A stretch of 64,000 bases of DNA from a virus, in the IMG/VR virus record IMGVR_UViG_3300046170_000470; one strand, given 5' to 3'. This document shows positions 49,392 to 63,515 of the stretch, piece by piece; the first letter of the stretch is position 1; the number at the start of each line of letters is the position of its first letter. The notes under the pieces were generated by a model, which searched no databases, was not told where the DNA came from, and saw nothing but the letters and a program-made list of their open reading frames with translations. The position numbers were made by a program, and so were the translations under genes.

Positions 49392-51957
49392 ATGCCTTAT
49401 TCATTTTCAGGTGGTTTAATAGTAACGGGTTCAATAACTGGATCTATAGATATAGTAGCCGAAAATAACCTTTCAGGTTCAAAATTAAATTTATCTAATC
49501 TAGATGCTATTGCTGATGATACAGTATTAGTAATTGATGGGGATGGTAACGTAGGTACCAAAGAAGCTGCTGCATCATCAGGCTCATCAGGCTCATCAGG
49601 CGCAAACGGTTCATCAGGCTCAAGCGGTTCATCAGGCTCATCAGGGTCAAGCGGCTCATCAGGCTCATCAGGCTCAAGCGGCTCAAGCGGCTCATCAGGC
49701 TCATCAGGCGCAAACGGTTCATCAGGCTCATCAGGGTCAAGCGGCTCATCAGGCTCATCAGGCTCAAGCGGCTCAAGCGGCTCATCAGGCTCATCAGGCG
49801 CAAACGGTTCATCAGGCTCATCAGGGTCAAGCGGCTCATCAGGTACATCTGGTTCATCAGGAACTAGTGGAACATCAGGTTCATCAGGTACATCAGGTTC
49901 AAGTGGCACTTCAGGTACTTCAGGCACAAGTGGGGGGGACAGGACAAAGAGGTATAGATGGTGCCATATCAGCACCCTACTTTTATGATCCTTTTACAAA
50001 CGCCGATTCTGGTGCCGGAAATGGTAGTATAAGGTTTAACAATTCTACTATTACATCTGCAACAACAGCTTATGTAAGAGATGATGATAAAAATGGAAAT
50101 GATTGGGAAGATTTCTATGATGTTATAGCCGGAGTATCTAATTCCGATGCCAAAGCGTATATGCAAGTTTCGGCAAAAGACAATCCGGCTGATTTTGTAT
50201 TATTTGAAATAACAAGTGCCTTTAATGGTACCAATATATTTAATTTTACTATAAATGCCCTAGCTTACTCTTCAGTTCAAAACCCCTTTAGTAATTTAGA
50301 GAATATAACCTTATCTTTTTCAATAGCTGGTAATGATGGTACATCAGGCTCATCAGGCTCATCAGGCTCATCAGGGTCAAGCGGCTCTTCAGGAGCAACT
50401 GGTTCATCAGGTTCAAGTGGTACTTCAGGTGCCCGAGGACCCGAAGGCTCATTTGGTGGTGCTTCATTCCAATATCGAGTAGATAATGCTACAACAGGAG
50501 ATCCAGGAAATGCCCATTTAGGGTTTAATAGTCTTGCACAAAAGAACTCCACCACTATAAGGATTAGTACAGAGGATGCTGATAACAATGACATTTCAAA
50601 TTTCTTAAAGACTATAGATGATTCAACTTCTACAATAAAGGGTCATTTTAAAATAAGTAATTATTTAGACTCTGGTCAATTTTTATTATTTACAATATCT
50701 ACCATTGTAGAAACAACCGAAGATTATTATACAATAACTTGTTCTAATGTAGACGCAAGTGCAAATAGTCCGTTTGATGATGATGAACAAGTAATTATTA
50801 CATTTGCAAGAACTGGAGATAAAGGAGATGATGGAACTTCAGGTTCATCAGGGTCAAGCGGCTCTTCAGGCTCTTCAGGCTCTTCAGGCTCATCAGGCGG
50901 AAACGGCTCATCAGGCTCATCAGGCTCATCAGGCGGAAACGGCTCATCAGGCTCATCAGGCTCTTCAGGCTCTTCAGGCTCTTCAGGCTCTTCAGGAGCA
51001 ACTGGTTCATCAGGCTCATCAGGCTCATCAGGAGTAAATGGTGTAGGTGGGGGAGGTAATAGTCCCTACGAGTATTCTTCTTCTGTTTCCTCATCGGGGA
51101 TACAACCAGTTTCAGGTTCAAACACTGCAAGTGGTTTTTATTCTGGAATAGGATCTGGATTTAGCAACACCGCAAAGGGCAATTCCTCTCATGTAAATGG
51201 GGGTGAGTATAATAATATTTGTAAACAAGGTTATCTGTCTACTATTGGTGGTGGTTCTTATAATATAGTAAGTTCATCTTACAGCACTATTGGTGGTGGT
51301 AATTATAATAGTATTAGTGGTTCCGAATTTTATGATAAATTTGCTACAATTGGTGGTGGTTTTTCAAATTTAGTTAGTGGTTATGCAAGTACTATAGGAG
51401 GTGGTTATCAAAATCGTATAAATACATATGGAAGAAGTCATACTATTGGGGGAGGATGTAATAACACAGTTTCCTCATTCGGTGAATCTGTAATTGCTGG
51501 TGGAAATTTAAATACTATATCAGGATCAACTTCCATCTACAGTGGTATTTTAGGTGGAAATTTCAATACCATCAAACATGCGAACTCATTTATTATAGGT
51601 AGTAATTTAACATCCTCAGCAGTTTGTACAACATTTATGAATAATGCTTGTGTTATTGGAGATGTAACAGCAAATGATTTTATTACAACATCTGATAGAG
51701 ATTTAAAAACAAATATCCAAGAAATTGAAAATGGTTTAGATATTATTAAACAATTTTCAGCATACGAATATGAAAAATTAGGTAAACAAGATGCTGGTTT
51801 TATAGCTCAAGAAGTAGCAGAAGCAATTCCATATGCAGTATCTACTGGTACTAATGGGTATTTAACTATGAAAGACAGACCCGTATTAGCTCATATGCAT
51901 AACGCAATAATTGAACTAGAAAAACGTGTTAAAGCTATTGAAGACCAATTAACATAA
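49392..51957 (+). CDS. collagen-like tail fibre with C-terminal peptidase S74 intramolecular chaperone (frameshift in G-run near 49935)
   Basis: GSS tracts, STIGGG-x-N repeats, TSDRDLKTNI…GFIAQEV. Confidence 0.8.
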
Positions 51958-51969
51958 AAAATCCGTATT

Positions 51970-52871
51970 ATGGGAGTACCATACACAGGTTCATATAAAA
52001 TGTTTGATACGGGTTCTAATGAAAACCCTATAAATACTTCTATACGTGGAGCACAAAAACACGATGCCGAGGATTCAGTAAATAGTAGTATTAGATTTAC
52101 TACTAACATTGAAAATTCCCAAGTACCTTTATTTGACCCCTTTATACGCAGGTAATGTATTTTCTTTAGAGGATATAACAAGATCCTCCCAATGGAGAGG
52201 ATATCCTATAGGAAGTAGAATGTTATACTTGTAGTTTTGAAGAAATTGAAAACCCTGATAATAGAACACTTATAGTTTCCTGTTCTGTTTTATCCCCAGA
52301 AGTTACATTTAAAGTTAATGGTAGTGGTCAAACAAGTGTTACTAATGGTGCAATATCAATTGCCACTACAAGGGATTCAGTTGTATCCTTAAGTGCTACC
52401 AACATAGATACTACCACCCCTACAGAACAATTTATAGGGTGGAGTTATTCTGCTGATGGTATTACAGGATATTTAGATACAAGTACTAGCTACAGTCATA
52501 CTGTAGAGGATGATGTTACTATATATGCAATAGCTGATTTATCAGATGCTATTAGTTTAGAATTTTGTTTTAAATCCCCATCAACAGGAAAAACAGAAAT
52601 ATGTAATGAATGTGGTTCAACTGTAACAGTTTATTTTGATAGAAGTGAATATGATACTAACCCTTTAGAAGATTTAATATGGTATAGTAATTCATCTTTA
52701 TCAAGCTATAGTAATAGTGGATTTTATAGAAAAAAAACTACAATAACCCGAAATTCTTTTTTTGGTATAAGAACAAGAACAATAATAGATAGTACTATTT
52801 ATGAGGTAAATGGTTCAAACGGAGTAGCAACTATATGGGATAGTTGTAATGGATTTATAAGTTGTACATAA
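51970..52871 (+). CDS. structural protein, frameshifted near 52140-52230
   Basis: ORF 51970..52155, then coding-like frame without its own start ending at TAA 52869-52871. Confidence 0.5.
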
Positions 52872-52873
52872 TT

Positions 52874-53812
52874 ATGGCAAAATATTTTAGAGTAACAATA
52901 GAATCAAGTTTATACTCCACATTTAGTGTGGTGTATTCTACTAATTCAAACCCAAATGTTTTTAACCACACAGCAGATATATGGAGTGAAACTACACCCT
53001 ATGTTGCAGCCACAAATTTAACATATCTCCAATTAACAGATAATGGTGGTTTAGTAGTAGTAACTGATGATGATGTATATCAAATAAAAATAGAAGATGA
53101 AAATGGTTATTGTAATGATTGCACTAGTACTACCTTTGGGGTAGCCCAAGTAATATATAGTTTATCTGGTATAAGACTTGATAGAGAACTTACTACTTTT
53201 AATTATGTTGGTTCACAAAATAATGATCTATACCTATCCTCTAATTCAAATTCGGGTTACTATGCTATTAATGGTACTACTAGTACTCCTTATGGCCCAG
53301 GAACAGCAGCTGGTGATGTATACCCCGTACAAAATAATAGATTCCAATCAGGGAATAATACAAAAACATTTGATTCTTCTTCTGGATATAATTTTGGTAA
53401 CCCTGGAGGTGCTTTATGGTATTCTCTATCAGGTAGTACTGGATATACTGGAAATAGTGATCCTTTTGGTGCTAGAACTTCTGATATAGCTTTTGGTATG
53501 AGTTTTAATGATTTTAAACAACCTTCAGACTTTGGTTTTACTTATGAAGATGTTATAAGTGCAATGGCTTATTTATCTTTTACTGCCTCTTTTGCAACAG
53601 GAACTAATGTTACTATGTCAGTAGCTTATGCCTCGGATAATACAAACCCTTCTGATGGATTAAATAGTGATTGGGTTTTAGATGAATATGAAGCAATTGA
53701 AGATGGATCAACGGGGTTATGGAAATTTGAGGGCTATGGAAATGAGGTTTCATTTACAAATAACTCTGGAGATTCATCTTGGGCCAAACCCGTAATAAAA
53801 TTAGGAAGTTAA
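52874..53812 (+). CDS. structural protein
   Basis: MAKYFRVTIES…; tail context. Confidence 0.7.
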   Translation: MAKYFRVTIESSLYSTFSVVYSTNSNPNVFNHTADIWSETTPYVAATNLTYLQLTDNGGLVVVTDDDVYQIKIEDENGYCNDCTSTTFGVAQVIYSLSGIRLDRELTTFNYVGSQNNDLYLSSNSNSGYYAINGTTSTPYGPGTAAGDVYPVQNNRFQSGNNTKTFDSSSGYNFGNPGGALWYSLSGSTGYTGNSDPFGARTSDIAFGMSFNDFKQPSDFGFTYEDVISAMAYLSFTASFATGTNVTMSVAYASDNTNPSDGLNSDWVLDEYEAIEDGSTGLWKFEGYGNEVSFTNNSGDSSWAKPVIKLGS

Positions 53813-53827
53813 ATATAAAATTAAAAT

Positions 53828-56800
53828 ATGCCAAGTATACAACTTTCATTTGATAAAAATAGTTTTACATCAGCAACCCCTGATTGGGATTTAGCTGGTG
53901 AATATAGTAATGGATTAAGATTTAATACTATATCCAAAACATTAGAATTAGATAATACTAATCATGGTTTAGTATCTTTTACTATATCACCTTCAGGCAC
54001 CACAGATTATAATTTTGGTTCTGTCCATTTCTCTACTCCCAACGGTAGTATTGTATCAGTTGCTATAGCTCAAAACGATTTATACCTCCCCCATAATTTA
54101 GAAGGAGGACCAAGTTCTCATATATTTAAAGATGAGACAACATCAACCTCTTCAATAACTTATTATGTAATTGTTAATGGAGACCCTGATAATGTAACAT
54201 CTTTATTAAATATATCTATAGCATTAGCTAAAGATGGAAGTATACCTAGTACAAATCCTACAATAGATCTAAGTTGGGATTGTTCTCCTTCAGGAGGAAC
54301 TATATATGAATATGAAATGGGGCTACATACTTGGTCTCCATATGATGCTAAAAATGATACAGGTGATAATCCAACATTAACAACAAAATTATATTCTTTT
54401 AGCCCAATCTCAGATTGGACATCATTATCTAATAAAAGAGTTTATAGTTCCCCATATTTCGAAAACCCAGCATTAAATTATTATTATGGGTATGGAGATA
54501 AAGTTTATAGAGTTGGGGAACCATGGAGTAGAAGTTATGGCCTTAGATATTTTTATGAAACTAGAGTTACTTGGCATTGGTTCTTTAAAAAGAGGCAAAG
54601 AACAACTTTAAAAACTATTGGTCCCGAAGAAACTATAGTAAATAATGAATATGATGGTTATCAAAGTTGGGAGTCTTTAGCATGTACAGAACCTACAATG
54701 AGAAATGTTGGAAGAATTAGACAACGTTACAATAATAACACTTTAACCCAACCCGAAAAATATAGATATTATTTAGGATTCCACCCCACAATAAAAAATA
54801 GATCAAATTCAAGTGATGCCAAATCTGAGTACCCAGGATATTCATATAATAGAGTTGCAGGCCCCTTTACTCAATGGAGTTATAGTAAGAAAAGAAGTTA
54901 TGGTATTACTGGATTAGTACATGCACTTTCTAGATTAACAACAGGAATTATAAATGGGTATAACCCTAGTTCAATGGGACGTTTTCCTTTTTGGAGTGTA
55001 GCTGGTCCTTTAGGAATAGCAGCACTAGCCGCACTTGGAGTAGGTGGGGCAATTGCTGGTGAAGTACTTGCTATATTAAACTCATTAGGAGGACCTTTTG
55101 CAAAAGTAACAGCATGGCTAGGAACTCTCCTTGAGTCCTCAGCAACGGGGAATTGGATAGTTGTTGGTCTTATGCTTGTTGCCTTAATTATTAGTTTTAT
55201 AAAGGCTCTAAAACCACGAACAATTTCATCTCGAGAAGTTTGTAATAAGTTTCTTCACCATTTTACTTCTACTCCCTATATTAACCAAAGTAATATAATT
55301 TATAAGGATGATACTTTTAGTACTAGAAATTATGGTTATTATAGTGATGGGGTATACTATTATTACCAACCTCAAAATAGTGGGGTTAATTTTAAAGAAT
55401 TATCTTATATTAATGCTTGGAATTTAGATGAAGACAACCCACAGTTTTTTACTGATTATTCTTACCCTGCAGATAACCCTACACTAGTAACAGACTTTAA
55501 AAAATTAATTTTATTACCCTATTGTTCAGGTAAACCTATACCTTATTGTGGGTTAGATGGAAATAATAATCCCAATCCAATATATAGTAGTAAAGCCTTC
55601 TCTCACACCGTAGAATATACTTGTTGTGCTTTAGAAGATTGTAGTAATCCTACAGTTATTTCACTCCCCGAAGGATTTGTAAGAAGTTGTATTAGTCAAG
55701 CTGATGCAGATGACCAAGCAGAGGAACACTTTAGTGCTTCAATAGAATATGCTGAAAACCATTCTTCATATGGTCAAACTTTATATGAATCAATAGGACA
55801 ATTAGATGTAAGTTTTACCCACGAAATAAAAGAAGAAGATAACCCAACAGTATTATCTCTATTTTATGATATAAGAAGTGGATCAGATGCTCCTATTGGT
55901 ACCCCTTTATATTATGATTTTACAGGATGTCAAAAGGCATTACCTGGATACTATGCTACTGGTAGTACTAGTAGTTCTTATCCAAAATATTATTATAAAG
56001 TTGAAGATGGGAAAGTAGCTGCTATATATACTCAAAGTGCTGCTTCATCTACTACCGTAAGTCCCGGTAACTATCCTATAATTACAACAAATGAAGGATC
56101 TAGTAGTAATTGGTATTTAAAAAGTAACAATAGATCATCACTTTCATATTATGTTTTATCCACTAATGATAGAACATTTGATGTTAACAGCTTACTTACA
56201 AGTTCTCCTTATACTTTAAGTGCAGGACATATAATTTCAGGATCTTATAGTAATGATTCATTTCAAAAATATGCAAGTTATAATAGCAATGGGATAACTA
56301 GTACAAACACATCAGAACAAGGAACAGGATGGTATGCTCCTTTAAATGGGTGGAAACCTGAAGATGAAGATTTCTTCTTTTACCAAAACACCTTAGAAGA
56401 TTGGTTAGGTGGAACGGCATATGCTACTTCCCAATCAGCTATTTGTACCTCAACACTTAATATTACTCGTTATCATGATGGAGTAGGAAATGATCCCAAT
56501 TTAGGTGATAAAATTTATGATACTAATAATATAGAAGACCCAACGGATGATGGGTTTATAAGATTCTCTTCAGGATATTATCTACAAGTGGTAGATGGAG
56601 TAGTTTCTAATATTACTTCATGTACCGCATCTTCCCAATTTTCAGGAAGTACAATAACAGGTTCTCTTGATGGGGCATGTGTCCTTTCTATAAATACATT
56701 ATATGAACATAATGGAAGTTCTTCCTTCCCCACAGTAGGAGATACAGTTTCAGTCTCTGGAGGTAGTACTGTCTCTAATGGATTTATTAACACTAGCATT

Positions 56801-57613
56801 GGTGCATTACAAACAGATAGTGATGGTATGATAGTTGATATTATAGATTGTTCCTCATATACAGGATTACCACTTGATATGGAAGTTGGAGTCAATAGTA
56901 TATTAGGTGAAAGTTGGTATGGTTACTCGGATCCAAATAATTTAAGTCTTAATAGTAATGATGTAACAGGTGATGGAGCAGAATTAGTAAGTGGGTTCCT
57001 TGGAGCTAGTCTTGGAGAAGGTGCAACTGATTGGAGAATAAGCTGGCATTTAATAACTTGGTTAGGATGGAGAGATGATAATGTTTATATGGCATTAAGA
57101 AAAACAAGCAATGTAGCATCCCTCCCCTTTACATCCCTTAGTCTTACTACTGATCTTTCTAAAGAAGCAAGCCACCTTTTTTGTGATAACACAGATTATG
57201 GTCTGAATGCCACCAGCACAAATATTTATTTATATTCTCCAACAGCAAATGGATATGAGGATTATGCAACATCTATTATACCTGGAATGAGTGTTACAGG
57301 AACAGGTGTACCTAGTAATACTACAGTTCTGGCACCACCATCTTGGAGTCAGGCTCTTGGTAGATGGACAGTACCTGTAAATAAAACTATTACTTATAAT
57401 AATGTATGTGGTAATTTATTAACATTTACTAAAAATAATCACACATCAACTTATTATAATAACTCCTCTGCTACTGTAACTACTTATACAAGTGTTAATG
57501 ATGTAGCAGGAGGATCAGCAGATTATATAGTATATAAATGGTCAAGTACATCCAACCCATTTGTACAATCTGGACAAGATGTAGAAGTTAATTTTACTTA
57601 TTCAACTCCTTAA
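53828..57613 (+). CDS. large multidomain virion protein with hydrophobic hairpin, DUF5977-like segment and Cys-bounded repeats
   Basis: FWSVAGPLGIAALAALG…LVALIISFIK; LPEGFVRSCISQADADDQA; two C…HxG…P..GD…C modules. Confidence 0.7.
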   Translation: MPSIQLSFDKNSFTSATPDWDLAGEYSNGLRFNTISKTLELDNTNHGLVSFTISPSGTTDYNFGSVHFSTPNGSIVSVAIAQNDLYLPHNLEGGPSSHIFKDETTSTSSITYYVIVNGDPDNVTSLLNISIALAKDGSIPSTNPTIDLSWDCSPSGGTIYEYEMGLHTWSPYDAKNDTGDNPTLTTKLYSFSPISDWTSLSNKRVYSSPYFENPALNYYYGYGDKVYRVGEPWSRSYGLRYFYETRVTWHWFFKKRQRTTLKTIGPEETIVNNEYDGYQSWESLACTEPTMRNVGRIRQRYNNNTLTQPEKYRYYLGFHPTIKNRSNSSDAKSEYPGYSYNRVAGPFTQWSYSKKRSYGITGLVHALSRLTTGIINGYNPSSMGRFPFWSVAGPLGIAALAALGVGGAIAGEVLAILNSLGGPFAKVTAWLGTLLESSATGNWIVVGLMLVALIISFIKALKPRTISSREVCNKFLHHFTSTPYINQSNIIYKDDTFSTRNYGYYSDGVYYYYQPQNSGVNFKELSYINAWNLDEDNPQFFTDYSYPADNPTLVTDFKKLILLPYCSGKPIPYCGLDGNNNPNPIYSSKAFSHTVEYTCCALEDCSNPTVISLPEGFVRSCISQADADDQAEEHFSASIEYAENHSSYGQTLYESIGQLDVSFTHEIKEEDNPTVLSLFYDIRSGSDAPIGTPLYYDFTGCQKALPGYYATGSTSSSYPKYYYKVEDGKVAAIYTQSAASSTTVSPGNYPIITTNEGSSSNWYLKSNNRSSLSYYVLSTNDRTFDVNSLLTSSPYTLSAGHIISGSYSNDSFQKYASYNSNGITSTNTSEQGTGWYAPLNGWKPEDEDFFFYQNTLEDWLGGTAYATSQSAICTSTLNITRYHDGVGNDPNLGDKIYDTNNIEDPTDDGFIRFSSGYYLQVVDGVVSNITSCTASSQFSGSTITGSLDGACVLSINTLYEHNGSSSFPTVGDTVSVSGGSTVSNGFINTSIGALQTDSDGMIVDIIDCSSYTGLPLDMEVGVNSILGESWYGYSDPNNLSLNSNDVTGDGAELVSGFLGASLGEGATDWRISWHLITWLGWRDDNVYMALRKTSNVASLPFTSLSLTTDLSKEASHLFCDNTDYGLNATSTNIYLYSPTANGYEDYATSIIPGMSVTGTGVPSNTTVLAPPSWSQALGRWTVPVNKTITYNNVCGNLLTFTKNNHTSTYYNNSSATVTTYTSVNDVAGGSADYIVYKWSSTSNPFVQSGQDVEVNFTYSTP

Positions 57614-57641
57614 TTTTTTAATAAACTGAAATAAAAACTTA

Positions 57642-57651
57642 ATATTTATAA
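57642..57651 (+). promoter_or_regulatory. late promoter motif ATATTTATAA
   Basis: Intergenic. Confidence 0.7.
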
Positions 57652-57669
57652 TAAAACACAACGTAAAAA

Positions 57670-57928
57670 ATGGCATATTTAAAAGGACAGGTTGTTTCCG
57701 GAAGTTCATTCCTTGGTAGGACCCCAATTAATAACTGGGTCACTAGTAGTCCAAGGAGAATCGGCATCATCAGATTTTTTTATTATAAAATCTGGGAGTG
57801 CCGACCTATTAAAGGCAACTAGTAATGGAATAATTCAATTTCATGTACATGAAGATTCATATACCCCCCCTGCTTCTTTAGGTGGAATTTTCTTTCATTC
57901 TTCTTCTATGTATGTTGGGTTAGAATAA
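57670..57928 (+). CDS. small structural protein (frameshift near 57710)
   Basis: MAYLKGQVVSGSSF joins VGPQLITGSLVVQG… of the 57692 ORF. Confidence 0.55.
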
Positions 57929-57990
57929 AAAATATTTCATATGTATAATAAAATAACCTTAATATAATAATCTTTTTAAACACAATTTAA

Positions 57991-59634
57991 ATGGCAACAT
58001 GGAAAAAAGTAGTGGTATCCGGATCGGCGGTATCACAATTAAATAACGATTCCGGATATTTAGTCTCAGGACAATCAGGTGCGGTGGTCCTTTCAGGATC
58101 CTTCAGTGGTTCATTCCAAGGAGATGGTACTAATTTAACAGGAATTTCAGCCGATACTTTAGCAAATTCATTAACAGATGGTAATGGTATTGCAGATTTT
58201 TCTTTTAATGGTTCAGCAGGAGCTAGTGTTGCTGTTGAAGCAGATGGCTCTACCTTATCTGTAGGATCAGGTGGCGTAAAAGTTGCAGATGCTGGAATTA
58301 CTGCTACTCAATTAGCAACTTCAATTGCTGGTGACGGTTTATCTGGTGGTGCTGGTACAGCATTAAGTGTAAATGTTGATGGAACAAGTATTACATCTTC
58401 AGGTGACAATTTAACATTAGCAGGAACTACATTTAGTTCTTCTGTTGATTCTAGAATTGACGCTGCTCAAACTCAAGCAACTACTAACTCAGCTTCACTT
58501 GCTGCTTTAGATGCAACTTATGCAACTGATGCTGCTTTATCCGCTGTAGAAGCAACTGCTTCAGCAGCTAGAAGTGTAATTGCAGGTGATGTTACTACCA
58601 ATGCTGATGATATTTCTACTAATGCAGGTAATATTTCTACCAATGCAGCCGGTATTGCTTCTAACTCAGCTTCAATTGCTGCTTTAGATACAGATTTTGC
58701 TACTGATGCAGATTTAACTGCTTTATCAGCTTCATTATCTGCAAGAGATACTGTAAACGAAGGTGATATTGATACATTACAAGCTGTACAAGGCGCTTTA
58801 GTCGCTGCAACAGCTTCTTATGCTTCATCAACATCAGTAACAAATGCTTCAGCTTCATTAGCTGCTGATGTTACTGTTAATGCTGGTGATATTGATGGTT
58901 TAGAAGCTGTACAAGGCGCTTTAGTTGCTGCAACATCTTCTTATGCTTCATCAACATCAGTAACAAATGCTTCAGCTTCATTAGCTGCTAGTATTACTAC
59001 TAATGCAGGTAATATTTCTACCAATGCGAGTGATATTGATGATTTAGAAGCTATTCAAGGTGCTTTAGTTGCTGCAACAGCTTCTTATGCTTCATCAACA
59101 TCAGTAACAAACCTTTCTTCTTCATTAGATGCAGCTAAACAAGATAATATTAGCGTATCAGATACTTCAGGACAAGGTGGAATTGATTTAACATTATCAG
59201 CTGATAATATTTCAGGTACAACTGTAGGATTAGGTGCTTCAGATAATGTACAATTTGCTGATATACTTGCTACAGGTGATGTAACAGTACAAGGTGATTT
59301 AACTGTACAAGGTACTACAACAAGTATCAATACTACTAATTTAGATGTTGAAGATAAGTTTATCTTACTTAACTCTGGATCCGCTAACCCGGATGAAGGG
59401 GGTATTGTAATTGATGAAGGATCAGGTACTGGTCACGCATTCTTACTTGATTCAGCTTCTACTCGATTCGGATTTAAAGCATCTTTAGATAGCACCACTA
59501 CAGGTGATGTTACTCCAGAAGCTTTTGCTTCAGCAGTAGTAGATTTACCAGCAGGACATTCAGATACATCTGAATACCAGAAAAATGGTAACATTAAAAT
59601 TGATTCAAGTGGAAATATTTTCATTTATTCATAG
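57991..59634 (+). CDS. tail fibre protein with Ala/Ser-rich coiled-coil repeats
   Basis: Three copies of QGALVAATASYASSTSVTN; GDLTVQGTTTSINTTNLDVEDKFILLN. Confidence 0.8.
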   Translation: MATWKKVVVSGSAVSQLNNDSGYLVSGQSGAVVLSGSFSGSFQGDGTNLTGISADTLANSLTDGNGIADFSFNGSAGASVAVEADGSTLSVGSGGVKVADAGITATQLATSIAGDGLSGGAGTALSVNVDGTSITSSGDNLTLAGTTFSSSVDSRIDAAQTQATTNSASLAALDATYATDAALSAVEATASAARSVIAGDVTTNADDISTNAGNISTNAAGIASNSASIAALDTDFATDADLTALSASLSARDTVNEGDIDTLQAVQGALVAATASYASSTSVTNASASLAADVTVNAGDIDGLEAVQGALVAATSSYASSTSVTNASASLAASITTNAGNISTNASDIDDLEAIQGALVAATASYASSTSVTNLSSSLDAAKQDNISVSDTSGQGGIDLTLSADNISGTTVGLGASDNVQFADILATGDVTVQGDLTVQGTTTSINTTNLDVEDKFILLNSGSANPDEGGIVIDEGSGTGHAFLLDSASTRFGFKASLDSTTTGDVTPEAFASAVVDLPAGHSDTSEYQKNGNIKIDSSGNIFIYS

Positions 59635-59657
59635 TAAATAGTACTTTTAATAAAATT

Positions 59658-59683
59658 GGGTGGTCTTTGACCACCCTTTTTTT
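59658..59683 (+). terminator. intrinsic terminator
   Basis: GGGTGGTC-TTT-GACCACCC followed by T7. Confidence 0.85.
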
Positions 59684-59713
59684 ATCTTATATTTATCACT
59701 ATATAATTAAATA

Positions 59714-59932
59714 ATGTATAAAATTATTATGGGACTACTCAATAAAAAAACAAAAAAACCTATACCAAAACAAAAACCAAAACCTATTGAGTTTGAGTTA
59801 GGAACAGAAGAGATACGCATTATACTACAAGGAATCCAAAACAGCACTTATAAAGGAAAAGATATAGAAATGATGTATAATTTAGTTTTAAAACTTCAAG
59901 ACCTCTATCAAAAATCCCTTGATAATAAATAA
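59714..59932 (+). CDS. small hypothetical protein
   Basis: ORF track; ATATTTATCA upstream. Confidence 0.6.
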   Translation: MYKIIMGLLNKKTKKPIPKQKPKPIEFELGTEEIRIILQGIQNSTYKGKDIEMMYNLVLKLQDLYQKSLDNK

Positions 59933-59939
59933 ATTTCCC

Positions 59940-59949
59940 ATATTTATAA
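59940..59949 (+). promoter_or_regulatory. late promoter motif ATATTTATAA
   Basis: Intergenic, before the structured leader. Confidence 0.7.
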
Positions 59950-60011
59950 CTATATTATAGGCCATAACGGAAGTGGGCTCTTTGAGTAACCAACCATAAT
60001 AAAACATAAAC

Positions 60012-62789
<2,778 letters not shown>

Positions 62790-62790
<1 letters not shown>

Positions 62791-63503
62791 TGGCTTTACC
62801 CTCTGCAGGAAATCCTCTTAGTTTTAGCCAAATTAGAACAGAACTAAGTGCCGCGAGTACAAACGTATCTTTACGTAGTATGAGCAGTACAGCTGGTAAA
62901 TCAACACCAGATGCTGTATCCGAATTTTACGGTTATACTCATTCATCTGTAGATCTAGGATTATCCTCAGCTTTATATACACAAAATTTATCATCAACTA
63001 CCTCTTGGGATATATTCCAAGGTGATAATGAAATTGCTTCATTAAGTGACTATAATGGTAGTAATGGTAGATTAGTAATCCAATATACAAATGGAACCTG
63101 CTGTACCACCTACCAAGGAGACTTTCAAATTGGAGCCACTATAATTATAGGTAATACTACTTATAACTTATCTACAAGTAGAACAGGATGGCAATCCACA
63201 ACCACAAATACTAGTACCTATAGTGGGGCAAGTTGGAGTGATTTAGGAACATCAAGATCTGGAGGTAGATGGAGTGTAACTAATGCTGTTCCTTCTTCAT
63301 CAGGAACAGGTACATCAGTGGATACAACAGTCGAATCAACTGGTTATCATGTATATGCAGAAACAAGTGGAGGAAGTATGTCAGGTTATAACTTCTGGTT
63401 ACGAAGCCCAATCACGGCTTTTGATGATGCTTTAGAATTTAGTTTTGTTTCTTTTGGTCCTAATGTAGGAACATATAAAGTATACCTTGACGTAACATCT
63501 TAA
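62790..63503 (+). CDS. fibre-tip/adhesin-like protein with C-terminal MAM-like segment
   Basis: MALPSAGNPLSFSQIRTEL…SEFYG N-terminus; GYHVYAETS…LRSP. Confidence 0.6.
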
Positions 63504-63512
63504 TATTTATAA
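63503..63512 (+). promoter_or_regulatory. late promoter motif ATATTTATAA
   Basis: Motif match, but only 3 nt before the next ATG. Confidence 0.4.
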
Positions 63513-63515
63513 AAT

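Noticed and set aside
43300-51050. Many N-G-S/T N-glycosylation sequons in the repeats
   Set aside because: They arise automatically when Asn occupies the Y position in a G-S/T-Y repeat, so they are not independent evidence.
43258-51130. Long antisense (PDEPEEP…) and alternate-frame (QAHQALQ…, MSLMNL…) ORFs
   Set aside because: Shadow frames of the GSS codon repeats, which lack stops; no independent start signals.
30475-57720. Split genes suggesting programmed frameshifting or pseudogenes (near 216, 30500, 32970, 34870, 47380, 49935, 52140, 57710)
   Set aside because: Single-base indels, several in homopolymers, scattered through apparently essential genes; best explained as long-read or assembly error. 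Read polishing would settle it.
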